Positions 29,096 to 43,002 of a DNA stretch of 64,000 bases are shown here, one piece after another. A model generated the notes under the pieces. The model did no database searches and was not told the origin of the DNA. It worked only from the letters and a program-made list of their open reading frames with translations. The stretch comes from Eledone cirrhosa (lineage: Eukaryota). Position 1 is the first letter of the stretch. Every line of letters begins with the position of its first letter. The stretch is taken from the NCBI GenBank assembly GCA_964016885.1, contig OZ024743.1, forward strand, positions 62,001 to 126,000. Direction: 5' to 3'. The translations under genes were made by a program, and so were the position numbers.

Positions 29096-30384
29096 TCCTC
29101 TTGGCAAATACTACCTTGTTTAAAAAAATTAAAATTCTACTTATTTAGAGCTGACCTGACTCTAGGGTGTGGACGCAGCATTATTTTCTTTAATATTTGG
29201 ATCGACCTTAATATGAAAGCAAACATTTATGTAAAGTGCTGTGTAGTGGGATTGATCTCAGCACTACATGTGCGAAGTAAATTTGTTAAGTATTTGGTTA
29301 TGTATGCACTCAGTCTAAGTAATACTTAGTGCAATGATTGTTCTCCTTTCTCCCTCGTCCTTCCAGGTTTTTGTATAGATTGTTTCCGGTAGAACAAATT
29401 TCAAAATATATCGTTAATCTGAATGAGTCTCAAACGAAAGTTACTATAAAACCCGAATGAGCTGTTTTCAGTGTCCCACTCAGTTACTTGTAAAACCGAG
29501 GCTATAGTAGAAATCACGAACATTAAGTGCCATGTACTGGATTCGAAACTGGCACCACGTGATTGTAATGAGACTTTGACTATGAAGTTATACCAGCACC
29601 ATTTGCTTTTTAAATAGACATATCTGTTTGAAAGGGGGATATATTTTTACGAAATTAATACTAGTCATAAAATTAGGTCATCACATTGTATGGAAACCAT
29701 AATGCAAGGGAAATAACAAAGCAAGTAATATATAAATCATAAAAGCTTTAGGAATTATTTCCCGTAAATCTTATTTCAAGGGAAATAACTCTTAATGTTT
29801 ATTTTTTTTGAAATGCATTAACCGAGCGTTCTATATGTTGGTAAAAACATTCATAGAGTTAATTAATAACCAGCATTCCAGTAAGAATCACACCCTTTTG
29901 ATAGTGAAGTGATTATATATATATATTTTTTTTCCTTACCACAATGATAAACTGAAATTGTAGTGCACCTGAGCACTGTACACAATTATTTCATTATTAT
30001 TATTATTAAAATATGTTATCCTTTTATCTGGCACAAAAATGACATGATAGAAATATATCGTTGAATTTTAAACGTGGTCAAGTGTGTTTATTTAAGTATA
30101 CCTTCCTGTAAAATTTAGGGTTAACGCCTAAGTATCTTGATATATACACCTTGACAAGTACTGGTATTTATCTGCATCAATATTTTCCTATATACAGTGG
30201 AACCTCGGTTCACGAATGACTCTCATCTCGAACAAATCGACTCACGAACAATTTTTCCGAACAAAAACGTCTCGGGTGATGAACGGTGTCTTGAGTAACG
30301 AACATGCAAACCGGCAACAATGGTTGATGACAAGCTGGGAGTATCGGCGGGGAGGGGGGGGGGGCATCACTTGCTGTATAGTTA

Positions 30385-30860
30385 GTTACTATGGTAACAT
30401 TCCCGAGATCCATGGACGAGTTCTCTCCAGCGGTCTCTGTCCCTCATCATCGCTGCCATGTCCTGCGCCTCCAAGACACCCGTGTCTGTCATTAGGGCAT
30501 CAACATATGTCAACCTCGGTCTCCCTCTTCCAGTGTGTCCATGCAGGGGCTCCCACAGGAGCACTGAGTGCAGTATCAACTCTGGATGGCGGTGAGCATG
30601 TCCAGCTAACCTCAGTCTCCTCTGGGCTACTCTCGAGCTGACTTTTGGGAGGCTCCCGTACAGCTCTGAGTTCTTCATCCTCGGTGTATACTGATTAATG
30701 TTAGAGCCATCCTCAGCATTCGTGTAGTACTCATCCACCATCTGAGTGAGTTTCTTGGTCAGTGTCCAAGTCTCAGACCCGTACAGCAGCACAGACTCCA
30801 CTACAGCAACGAAGAGGCGGATCTTCAGGTCTTTACGAAGGTCCGACTTCCACACCGTAT
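30385..30860 (-). mobile_element. LINE 3' fragment (RTE/RTE-X-like)
   Basis: LKIRLFVAVVESVLLYGSETWTL, RLRLAGHAHRH, GRGRPRLTY. Confidence 0.75.
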
Positions 30861-31016
30861 ATGGTGATATATGTATGTATGTATATATGTGTGTGTGTGT
30901 GATTCCAGTTCCTCGGAGGACTAACAGTACACCCAGGAGTTGGACATATCGATGAATTGACAGAGTGGAACACATTTCAACACCAAGTTCACCTGTTTTT
31001 TCTACAATAATTCGTA

Positions 31017-31069
31017 CTGCCTGATGAGGTCACAGCCAATAATAGCTGTCACTGAAATATATATAGCAG
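31017..31069 (+). ncRNA. Type I hammerhead ribozyme in a PLE pLTR fragment (~30899-31120)
   Basis: ctgc-CTGATGA-ggtcacagc/gctgtcact-GAAA-tatata-TA-gcag; sibling at 60690-60744. Confidence 0.85.
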
Positions 31070-31736
31070 GGAATTTATAATAAACGAAGCCATGTGTGAC
31101 TTATTTATTTTATATATATATATTTCACACACAGTCTCTCCTTCACTGTATTTCTCTTATAATATTTCGTATGGGAAATATAGTTTCGGTTTACGAATGG
31201 CCTGCAAGAGCATATAAGTTCGTGAACCAAGGTTCCACTATATACTTTACAGTAATTATTAACAAGAGTGTCAGCTACAAAGCTTGGCTAGATGTGGTTC
31301 CACCAAAGCTGAACACATTGCTGTCCTTTCTGATCAAACTCTGCCAAGTCCAATACTATTTATGTGAATCGTGCATTGCCTATAACAAGATATTCAGGAA
31401 ATAATAGACCTCTTTGCTGGTTCTTTTACTTAGATAATCTGAATGAAAACTAAGGTGCTGTTTACGCCTACCACGGATGAGTTGACATGATGTAGCAAGT
31501 TCTTTTGTATGTCCTTCACAAGATTAATCTTCAATTACTGCTAGTCCGAATTTTTACCCAAGTCAATTGGGCCAACATGAAATGAAGCGCCTTGATGAAC
31601 GTCACAAAAGGCTGTTTGGTCTGAATCATCTACACAGTATTTATTTCAGCGTCAAGTTACATTTAGATGTGACGTATAGCAACCCGATGCACAATTTGAC
31701 TCCAGTACACCCAAGCACATACATACAAACACACAA

Positions 31737-31772
<36 letters not shown>

Positions 31773-32675
31773 GGACCTCGTCGTCTACGAGGATGAATAT
31801 TACAGTTGTTCGAACAATGGAACATCCTCTTTGGGAAGTTAACGGGTAAGAGTCTGAGCATTCCATAGACACGTGTATCCTTAACGTAGTTCATAGGGAG
31901 ATCCAGAGTTGAACCTGTAGTTCGGCTTGGTCAGACACTGTGAGACAAATATAGCTCTTTCAATTACAAGTACAACTAATTTTCCCAAGCTGAATGGACT
32001 GGGGCAATGTGATATAGATTGTCTTGTGCTACAGGGAATCGAACTCATGACGTTACGATCTTGAGACGAACACCTTAATTACCTTTCACACACACACACA
32101 CAGACATACACACACACACAACACACACACTCGCTCTCTCACACATTCACACACAAACACACACCACACAGACTCACTCTCACACACATACACACTCACA
32201 TACACACTCTCACAAAAACACACACATACACACACACATATATATATATTTGTTTTGCAAGATTCTTAATAGGAAATTTTGTGTTGAAACGGATATTGTT
32301 ATACAATTTCAGGGTCATGTTGCCAATTAAAACACATGAACTAGTCGAATTTCACTTTAGTTTTACTAGTTATGTAACTAATCCACTCCTCGGTTCTTTT
32401 AATAACCGGATAGTTATTTAATTGTCATATATAATTGTCAAAGCTGTTTCGTCACATATTCTGTGACCTTCCTACTGGTTGCTCTTACTCCTTTGTATCT
32501 TTTCTATGTTCTGCTCTTGTTTAATTTACTTCATCTTGTGTTTCTGTGTTGTGTATATGTTATACGTCTGTATTCGTGTATGTGTGTTTGCACGCTTGTA
32601 TTTATGTGCTACTATTTCCACAGGCTTCTGTTTGACACGTGCATGCATGTTTACATGTATGTATGTATGTATACT

Positions 32676-34933
32676 TGTTCTTCTTTTTGGTAAATATCAT
32701 CTTGGTTAAGAGAGTGGGACTGGCTTTGTGCAGTGCCTTTGCTCACTATAAAAGCTTCACGACACAGGCATTGCTTTATATCTGGAGATCTCTCTGCACT
32801 TGTCGTCACATGGTACCATGGGCCCAGCACTATGTGTCAATAATTGTCATAAGTGTAGTGTTTGTACCAGAGTTTTCAAGTCGCTGGCTGGACTAAAAAG
32901 TCACACTCGTTCAGCGCATCGGTAGGAGTTCTCCTACATGGATATAAAGTAGTGGCCGTACTCGAAAACGAGTTGGCAGCCACCATGTATGTATGTATGT
33001 ATGGAGACGTTTGATCAAGTCAGGAAGTGATCATTTTGAAACTCGTCGAAGGAAACACCAAACACAGAAAAGGAAGGTGAGGAAAAGGGACTGTGCTTAA
33101 CTGGATGCTGTTGAGCAACATCTGGTTTGTCAGCACTGCTTGAACAAAGCTGGTCTGATAAGATATGATCAAAGTCGTATCAGTAGACCTCATGTAGATT
33201 ATGAACAGCATAATCGGAAAAGGTGTAGGGAATTTGGCAAGGAATTTGCAATCATGGGAGGTCTTAAAAGACATATGAGAACACAGTCAGAACCAAGCAG
33301 TGGAAAGTCCCAGAAGAGCCTACAGTTGCCATGTATGTGCCAAAGGGTACAAGCCTTTGGCTGTTTTGAAGAGCCACATTCGTGCCTCACATTTTTGAGC
33401 ATTTTATCAGGTGATGGCAATGCTCCAGCACGAGTTTGCGGCCATCATGTATGTATGTATGTATGTATGTATGTATGTATGTATGTATGTATGTATGTAT
33501 GTGTATATGCGTGCATGTATCTATGCGTTTTATTTCTCTCTCTCTCACCCGCCACTAGGTAGTTGTTATTCTGTTCCTGTATTCTATCGACGGTGGGTTT
33601 ATGTCAACTAGTTCACTCCTTTGTATTTATTCTTACGTGTCATAATATGTTTTGTCATCAGATAGTAGGTTGTGAGGTTTTACTATTTCATTCATGTTTT
33701 CTATTGAGGGTGGATTTACTTTCTGCTATATGCATGCCTTCCTTAATATGTCTGAGCATGGCATCTGTTCAGTGTGCACATATGGTTTTATCTCAATGCT
33801 TATTGTGGGCAGCCAATATGTTCTAGTTTGGTACGAGTCATTTCGCCTATGTATGCCGTAGTTGTACTACTGATTACCTCATGCTATATACTATATTTTT
33901 AGTTTTACAGTTTACAAAATATACAATTACTATCAGTTCAAAGGATTTTCTTAAATAGGTAAGTTCTACTTATGGGGGATTTTATGGAAATTCCTTGTTT
34001 TTCTATCACTTTTATTTTTAGTTTAATTTATCTAAATCCCCCATATATCTGGGGGTAGCACAGACGGGCACCCCACTGTGGTATTTTTGTTGTCATACCA
34101 AAAGTTGACGTTATCTACCTTCTACCTTTTCCCCTACATTCTATTCCATGATTTGCTCATATATGAGTCATACTCCATTCGTTTTTCATGATAGTTTTCA
34201 GTTTCGTCCTGGCTCCTTTGTATATTCTGATTTTGTCTTTTTGGTTGTATCTAGAATACTATACACAGTGGGTGAAGTGTCGTGTGTGTCTCTATAATTC
34301 TTTAGGCTCGCACACGCAGGTTACATTCTTCATCTCTCTTACCAGCTGAGACATGCACAAGTTTTACTGTTACCAGTAGCGCTGAAGAGCGACATGACAC
34401 GATGTTCAGGGAGTGGGATCGGCCCCGTGCAAAGCCTTTCCTCACTTAAAGTACAGGCATCGCTTGATATGTGAATCTTTTCCCGACGTATGGCAAGTCC
34501 CTAGCAGGACTAAAAAGCTACGTCTGGGGTGTTCATGCTTAAGTATCAAGCGATAGCATTACTCGAAATCGAGTCGCAGCCATCATCATGTATGTATGTA
34601 TGTATGTATGTATGTAGGTTGACTTGTTCTTTTTCGTAAATATCATCTTGGTTAAGAGAGTGGGACTGGCTTTGTGCAGTGCCTTTGCTCACTATAAAAG
34701 CTTCACGGCACAGGCATTGCTTTATATCTGGAGATCTCTCTGCACTTGTCATCACATGGTACCAAGGGCCCAGCACTATGTGTCAATAATTGTCACAAGT
34801 GTAGTGTTTGTACCAGAGTTTTCAAGTCGCTGGCTGGACTAAAAAGTCACACTCGTTCAGCGCATCAGTAGGGGTTCTCCTACATGGATATAAAGTAGTG
34901 GCCGTACTCGAAAACGAGTTGGCAGCCACCACC
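32676..34933 (+). mobile_element. Cluster of RTE/BovB-like LINE 3' fragments with (ATGT)n tails (32676-32985, 33005-33447, ~34380-34588, 34625-34933; another at 38760-39025)
   Basis: C2H2-like remnants (CSVCTRVFKSLAGLKSH; CREFGKEF...GLKRHMR); shared end ctcgaaaacgag..gcagccaccatgtatg; 32676-32985 and 34625-34933 are near-identical. Confidence 0.65.
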
Positions 34934-35549
34934 ATGTATGTATGTATGTATGTATGTATGTATGTATGTATCTATGTATGTATGTATGTTCTTCTGGTTT
35001 TATAATTTTATAAATGCTTACCAATTGAGAGAGACTCTCTCATTGGAATTTACACAACATCAACTAGATAAATATGTGTCCATGTCTGCATGCATGCATG
35101 CATGTGTGTGCAGATATGGATGTTAATGTATGTGTGTTTTGAGTTATATGTGTGCATGTGGATATGCTATGTATCTGTACATGTGTACATGTAGAATATT
35201 TGTATGTATGTATGTTCTTGCATGTATGTATGTATGTATGTATGTATGTATGTATGTATGTATGTATGTATGTATGTATGTATGTATGTATGATGTATGT
35301 ATGTACGTATGTATGCATGTATGTATGTCCTTCTAGTTTTATAATTTCACAAATGTTTGCCAATAGAGAGAGAGTCGGTTTCTAACATAGATACAAGACT
35401 CTCTCATTGGAATTTACACATCAACTAGATAGATATGTCTGTATGTCTGCATGCATGCATTTGTAGGTATGGATGTTATTGTATGTGTGGATGTGGATGT
35501 TTTGAGTTGTATGTGTGCATGTGTATATGCTTTGTATCTGTATATGCAG

Positions 35550-38500
35550 TTATTAGATGCAAAACTTTTGGAATGTTTTAGATATTTTTACTGTTCCATT
35601 AATGGATTGTACTTGTAATTTCCTAACTAGTTGTGTTCTTTCTGTTCCTGAGAAGCCCAGCTTCTCAAGATTTGTATTGAGGTAGTTACTAACATACCCC
35701 AGTGCCCCAATAATCACAGGCATAAATCTGAAAGTGTAATCAGGGTGGAGTATCTGCAGATTTCTTATCAGTTCTGCATAAATATTCTCATTTTCACTAA
35801 TCTTTGATATTATGTTGGCATCTGCTGGGCAGCTAATTTCCACTACTGTGCATGCTTTCTTCTCCCTGTCCCATATCATAATATCTGGTCTGTTATGCCT
35901 GCATTTTATTGGGGTTTTTACAGGAACATTCCACCAGTACTCTTTCATATTATGTACATGGATGTCTTCCACATTACTGTAGCTTTTAATGTGTTTATTA
36001 TCGGGGCTATCTTTTCTACGGATTGCATTGTACAGTGTTTTGGCCACTACATCATGCCTCATTAGTAGATAGTACAGCGATGACATCTTTGGACAGCTGC
36101 TTTTGACATGGGTGACATCTTCGATGTTAATTCTGCAGTGTCTGCACTTGTTATCACATCTAGGTGTTTTGCCTGCACCCTTATCTCTTATGTGAATCAG
36201 GTATTTCGCGTTGATTTTCTGTTCTTGGATTGCAAAAGCGTATCCTTCAAAGTGGGAGCCAATATAGTGGTTGTTGGTCCAAGATAGACTACTTTCTTTA
36301 TCTATATTACTCCCACTCTGGAGTTTCCTGGCAACATATCCATGCATGATTTTTTGCTGATAAGCATGTAGTTTTTCATCCATGGACTCATTGCGATACT
36401 GCTGAGCGACTTTCTGGTGTGAGCTTTTGATTATCACACACGGATTTTCTCTCGAGGAGTTCCTCCCCAACTCTCATGATCTTATGTGTTTCATGCAGAT
36501 AGACTTTCTCGAGAGACGGGCTCCTACGCTTCGAGGTTCGTAGATGCTGTCGGAAGGATATGATGCGTCATTCAAATGCTGTCTAGACTGATGTTAGGCC
36601 TCTGCCTCTCCGCTTACGTTTCAAGTAAAGGCGGTCTATGTCACTGTTGATGTGGAAGTTTCCAGTGTTGTTTAGTATTTTTCGAGTTCTAACATCAACT
36701 GCTCGGATTCGTCTATCGACCAGTTGAGTATTCCAAACGTTGGTGTTAGGACAGGCACAGCAAACACATTGTGAGCCACTGTTTTGTTTTGCGCAGAGAG
36801 ACCCGATGACCATATCTTTCTTAATCGTGTATAGTATTCCCTGGTTACGCGTTCCTTATTACAGATACCATTATAGGATATGTCCTCATCTATCCCAGGG
36901 TATCTGTAGCAGTCCTCATCAGATATCGGTGAAACAGTTAGACCATTGATGACAATGTTGCTAGATTGGGTTGTTGTTTTTCCCCGCTTTACATTCATAT
37001 ATGAGCATTTATCTTGGCCAAACTCCATTCCTATATCCTTTGAGAATGTTGTAACCAGGTCAAGATTTTTCTTCATCCCATCCATGTTCTTGGCATAGAG
37101 TTTCAGATCATCCACAAAGATCCTCCTGTGAGCCAATGATGTATCCTTCACATTTCTTGAGCTGAAAGGACAAGGGGTTTAATGACAGGATAAATAATAT
37201 CACAGAGAAACTGTTTCCCTGAAATATACCCCTGCGATATTTTATTTTATTAGTGAAAATAGAGTCCTCCTTCTCTGTCTTTAACTTTAGGATAGTAGCC
37301 CAAGAAGAAGACAGCTTCTCTATGGCTCTGATAATAATGTCTGGGACTTTAGCAAGTCGGGGGGCCTCTATCATCCAAGAGTGATGAACAGAATCGAAAG
37401 CTTTCCTGTAGTCCAACCAGACTGCAGCCATATTCCTCCTAAGTTGTCGCACCTCCGACATCGCAGTTTTGTTGATTAGGAGTTGTTTAGCACATCCCCA
37501 AACTCTTTTCTTTCCAGCTGCTTGTTCATCTGTGATGATGTTATTATTTTCACAGTGATCTTGGAGGAATAGGTTCAGGCAGGCTATATACATCTTATAC
37601 ATCAAGTTCTGGCATGCAATGGGTCGGTGGTTTTTTGCCAAGTGGGTGTCTTTGTTCTTGGGGACCAGTAATGTTTGTGCTAATGTCAAGCATTCTGGTA
37701 TAAGTGTATCTCCCTTAAGAACTTGTTGGTAGAGGTCGGTAAGATACCCCCGATAGAATATCAGTTTTTTGTACCAGTAGCCGACAATCATGTCTCTTCC
37801 TGGTGTTTTCTCATCTTGGAGTTTTCCTATCACAGTCTCAAGGGTACCCTCACTTATTTCGTATGTTTTTGTTGTAGCAATAGTTCTTTTGGATTTCTTT
37901 TAGCCACACTGCATCTTGGTTGAAATTCTTCTTTTCACCCCATATTTTTCTCCAAAATGAATCTATGTCTTTCTGGGATGGGGCCTCAGTGACACTTATT
38001 ATTTTGCCCTTTATATCTCTATAGACTGATGTTTGATTTCGTCTGAATCTTTTATTAAACACTTTTCTTTCATCTACTTTCTTCAGGTACCGGCGTTTTT
38101 CGCTAACAGCTCTCAATTCTTGTTTGAGGGTGATCAGCTTATATAGAAGAGTTCTGGTTCTACTGTTACCAAACACCGTCTCTATTTTCACTCTTTGTTG
38201 GTGAGGAGTGAAGTTTTTTTTGTGTTTGTTTGCATGTAAGGAGCATTGTCACATATCCTATGGTTTTTCGTAGGTCAGCGATCTCTTTTTCTATTTTAGT
38301 TATATATGATGGTATTTTTGGTGGTGTTTTGTTCTTGTTAATATCTCCTCTATCACCAAGATAATGCTTCACTGTCGTTACTAAGGCATATAAACAGGCG
38401 TTGATTTGCCAAAATTTTGGGGTTTTTATCCATCGTAAATATTCATCCACTATTTCGTCAATAACACGTAATATTTCATTATTTTATTATTTTTTTTTTT

Positions 38501-38660
38501 TTATTAAATATTGTTGTTTTAATACGTTCAGCAAGAGAAATGTTTATACATGAATTAATTTCTCTCTGGAAGATTTCGTTAAGGGAAATTTTCAATTGTT
38601 TATACTTTTGATTATTATCATTATCGATAGTATTTTCCACAACAGTCGAGGTAGACTCGG
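35550..38660 (-). mobile_element. R4/Dong-like non-LTR retrotransposon (RT + CCHC + restriction-like endonuclease), frameshifted
   Basis: WLDYRKAFDSV, GIFQGNSFS, FVDDLKLYAK, CRHC...THVKSSC, RPDIMIWD...VVEISCP. Confidence 0.88.
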
Positions 38661-39352
38661 ATGTATGTATGTATGTATGTATGTATGTATGTATGTATGT
38701 ATGTATGTATGTATGTATGTATGTATGTATGTATGTATGCATGTATGTATGTATGTATGTATGTCTCTCTGAGCGACAGTAGCTATAACGCGAAAAGAAG
38801 AAAAGATCAACATCATCGGTAACTACTGAGCCGCAGGTTTTATGTCTGAGTTATCCCAGTTTCCTGAGTTGCCTTCTGAGAATGGGATCGGCTCAGTGCA
38901 CCACCTTTCCTCACTTTAAACAAATCTTCACGCCCAGGCATTGCATGATAGAATTAATTAATAATTATTAATAATGGTATATCCTGGAATGGCCATACTC
39001 GATAACGAGGGGGCAGCCATCAGCATGTATGTATGCATGTACGTATACAAACATAAGTATGTTTTTTTCAATATTGCAATTGAAACAATTACCATAACAG
39101 GAACGATTTAAATCTCCCTCATCTCCCTTCTTCCTCTCCCCTCCCTGTCTCCCTTTATTCAACCTCTATTTCTCCCCTTTTTCTTAAAAGTAAAAAGAAA
39201 TAAAGAGAATATTATCAACAAACACTCGAACAGAAAAACAACAAAACATAAAACAAAAGCAAAAGAAGAGAGCAAACATTTTAGTTAATTGGCATTAGAT
39301 TTTAGCTGATTGCTAAAGTGGTTTAGGTTGATAAGGTGAAAATGTTACTAGC

Positions 39353-39358
39353 CTACTA

Positions 39359-39396
<38 letters not shown>

Positions 39397-39418
39397 ACTA
39401 CTGTTGCTGCTGCTGCTG

Positions 39419-39498
<80 letters not shown>

Positions 39499-39551
39499 AC
39501 TACTACTACTACTACCACTACTACTAGCTGCTACAACAGAGGTAGTAGTCC

Positions 39552-39582
<31 letters not shown>

Positions 39583-39583
39583 T
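39353..39583. repeat. (CTG)n/(CTA)n/(GTA)n compound microsatellite
   Basis: Directly visible. Confidence 0.95.
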
Positions 39584-39697
39584 ATATATTGTCCACCACA
39601 TAAAGTACTTTAGGAGGGATTTCAACAGAGGTGGGGTAAAGAAGAACGTAATACAACATAAAATAGATAAAACATTAATTCACTATATATATATATA

Positions 39698-40445
39698 TAT
39701 ATGAAAAAATGGCGTGCTGCGTGGTTGCAAATGGGTTACATATGAATAAAATTAGTCCTTCATCAGTGATCTTCCAGCCTTAATTGGTAATTCATCGCTT
39801 TAAAGATCATATACCTCTGGTTGGTGCGAGCAACGTCTAAAGAAAGTCGTTGGGACACGTAAATAGGGGGAACGAGCGAGACAGTAAACAATCAAAGATG
39901 GTAATGCAACGCACCAACCAGAGGTATATGATCTTTAAAGCGATGAAATACCAATGAAGGCTGGAAGATCACTGATGAAGGACTAACTTTGTTCATAAGT
40001 AACCCATTTGCAACCACGCAGCACGCCATTTTTTCATATATTTATATATTTTCCTCCGCTGTGACCCGTCTGTTTCTTTCTTACTGCTTCCCCTTTCTAT
40101 GTATCTCTCACTTACTTTTTACCCCCTCTGCCAGCCACTCTCTCAGTTAGCCTCTTCCTCACACCTTCACTCACTCACTCTCTGCTACTCCCTCTCCATC
40201 ACCCCTCCCGTCTGATCTGTGCGAAATCCTTTTCTCGCTCACATTTCAACCAGGTTGGATGGTCTTTTTTCTCTCGTCTACGATTTCACATAGCTTATGT
40301 TCATCGATTTCATGAACTTGAGTCCTTCTTCCTCCCCTTTCGTTGCATTACCATCTTTGTTTGTTTACTGCCTCGCTCGTTCCCCCTATTTACGTGTCCC
40401 AACGAATTTCTTTAGCCGTTGCTCGCACCAACCAGAGGTATATAC
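39698..40445. mobile_element. Non-coding fold-back element in (TA)n with a 514-bp unit
   Basis: Inverted repeats 39698-39827 vs 39911-40041 and 39810-39910 vs 40342-40443; direct repeat gcaccaaccagaggtatat at 39911 and 40425; relatives at 47158-47265 and 57868-58020. Confidence 0.75.
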
Positions 40446-40450
40446 ACACA

Positions 40451-40522
<72 letters not shown>

Positions 40523-40655
40523 GTAAACCAATTTACTTATCAGGCTAGGAATTATACCAGCTTAAGTGAATTCATTATACCAAACCAACCAATTTTGTTA
40601 TGAGCTACGACGTTATATACATATATACGTATATATGTGTATATATACATATATG

Positions 40656-40735
<80 letters not shown>

Positions 40736-41040
40736 CGCACACCCACGCAAAAAATAAATAGGGCTGATCTTTATATATACCTTACATTTCACCGATCAGC
40801 ACAAACACTATTTTTTTGTTTGTTAAATAATCAGTCTGACAAGCAGATCAATGCTTGAGTCGGGTCGATAACGTCTCTGGGTGATCTTCAGCCAATCCTC
40901 TGCGAAACGCGCGTAGTAGGTCGATAAACAATAGAAACATTAATATATGTAAACGAAACTTCATTGTTTTTCTTATTATATACACACTGCTTGTACATAG
41001 GGTGCTCATATTGCTACCATCCATCCACTGAATCACATAG

Positions 41041-41106
<66 letters not shown>

Positions 41107-41224
41107 TCCACCACTTGTTTTATTTTAATATTTTTTCCTTCCCCTTAATTCCCATCCCCCGCTTAATTGTCTTTCTACAACTCCCCCTCACACCTTCGGA
41201 ACTCTTTTTCTTCCCACTTTTCTC

Positions 41225-41252
41225 CTGATGAAGGGCTTATGCCCGAAACGTC
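41225..41252 (+). ncRNA. Minimal hammerhead core, stem I degraded
   Basis: CTGATGA-a-gggc-ttat-gccc-GAAA-cg-TC. Confidence 0.6.
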
Positions 41253-41376
41253 GTCCCCCACCCCCACTCTCAAGCGTGAACTTAATAATAACACTTTGTA
41301 CTGCAGTCTTCGTTATTGTTTTTGTTTTTTGTTTTAACTTATATATATATAGATATTTATTAAAATAACAGATTAA

Positions 41377-41427
41377 AGTTTAAGCAAAGAATCGCTGCTT
41401 TCACCTTTATCGGGATCTTCTGAAACT
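41377..41427 (-). ncRNA. Hammerhead variant (CAGAAGA core) in a solo pLTR fragment (41352-41455)
   Basis: Diverged copy of 55060-55110 and 57083-57133. Confidence 0.65.
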
Positions 41428-41534
41428 AAAAATATCAATCTGTGAACGCAGAAGTAAATATATATATATATAGATAGATTTTTGGGTTGCACCGATTAAT
41501 TGGTTTTGATAATTGGCCATTATTGTTTTATTAT

Positions 41535-41722
41535 AGGATGGTGGATTGGCAGTATCGGTAGAGGGTCGGCGCGATGATTTGACGCATAGAGTTACGGCCC
41601 TTTCCATTCTGAGTCAAAATCCCGCCGAGGTTAACTTTGCCATTCATCCTCACGCGGTCGATAAAATAAAGTACAAGTAATGTACTGGGTAATTGCTGGC
41701 TTTGTGCCAAAAGTAGAAACAA
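41535..41722 (+). mobile_element. SINE family B, near full length
   Basis: tggtggattggcagtatcggt head, gagtcaaaatccc B-box-like, same core and tail as 46946-47135, followed by (att)n. Confidence 0.75.
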
Positions 41723-42840
41723 TTTATTATTATTATTATTATAATTATTATTGAGAAATACGCATATTGGAGCAAGAAAGCCATGGGAAGCAGAGAATTC
41801 CGGAACGTCAGGTCCTGGAATGTGCTGATCTACTCAACTAGAAATTACTTGGGACTGCCCAGGCAACATATCTCCCTGTCGGCTAAAGGGCGTTAAAGTA
41901 CAATAGATACCCCACTACACCCCTGATATATGTGTTTAATTGATCTTTTAAAAAAGAATTAATGTAAAAATGATAAAGATTCCGATTACATGTTTATTTA
42001 AAGGCGTTCAAAACAGCACGCCCGTTTCACTTTAAAAAATGCAGTCAACCAATTTACTTATCAGGCTAGGAATTATACCAGCTTAAGTGAATTCATTATA
42101 CCAGCCAATTTTGTTATGAGCTACGACGTTATCATTCATGACTACAGGAGAATGAACAGGCTAAGTTTAGATAGCTAACAACAAATATGTTAATAGCCAG
42201 GCTAAATATTGTCTTCTATGTATATTTAGTTAATTGTAACTTTTTATGTTTCCTTTTGGCATTATGTCAATAAAACTACACATGTTGGCGTTATGTCCAC
42301 ACAATGATTAAACAAAATGAAAACCTGTGTAGGTGCGGAATGTGGGATCTGTTGTGTACAGAAGGTCGCGCTGTTAAATGACACAGTTCAATAGTAATAA
42401 AAGGTAAAAACTAAGGCAAAATTTGCCTAATTCTGTCATCATATGTTCTGAAATAGCATTCCAAAATGCTGACTAATTATGAAATTATAATATGCATTTT
42501 CATATCACAATATATAATTAGATTATAGATAATAGACAACCGATCGGTATCGGTCGATAGGGTAAAGCCTATCAATCAACAATCCATATTCTGATAATCT
42601 TTTTAATCTGGATTGTTTCATTATCCAGTCTCCGAAAGAGCTATGATGGTTGCCCGATGTTCTTGTGTCATGTTATCCGTGGAGACTGGTGGGTGTGTGG
42701 TTGTTTGGTGACCAAAACCGCAGAATATATTTAGTTCTCTGCAGGCAGGGTTATATTCAAAATATAACCCTTTTTATTTATTAAATATCAATTGTAAAAT
42801 AGTTACATTTAAAATTGTGTAGTGACGTTTGACCCACCTT

Positions 42841-42943
<103 letters not shown>

Positions 42944-42964
42944 ACACACACACACCCACCCACC

Positions 42965-43002
<38 letters not shown>

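Larger units (their letters stand above)
30195..31240. mobile_element. Tigger/pogo-like MITE with nested insertions
   Basis: TIRs cagtggaacctcggttcacgaa / ttcgtgaaccaaggttccacta, flanked by TA. Confidence 0.75.

Noticed and set aside
40830-40921. Hammerhead CTGACAA...GAAAcgcgcgTA
   Set aside because: G8 is lost (likely CpG decay) and stem I is weak; probably a dead relic, so not listed as a feature.
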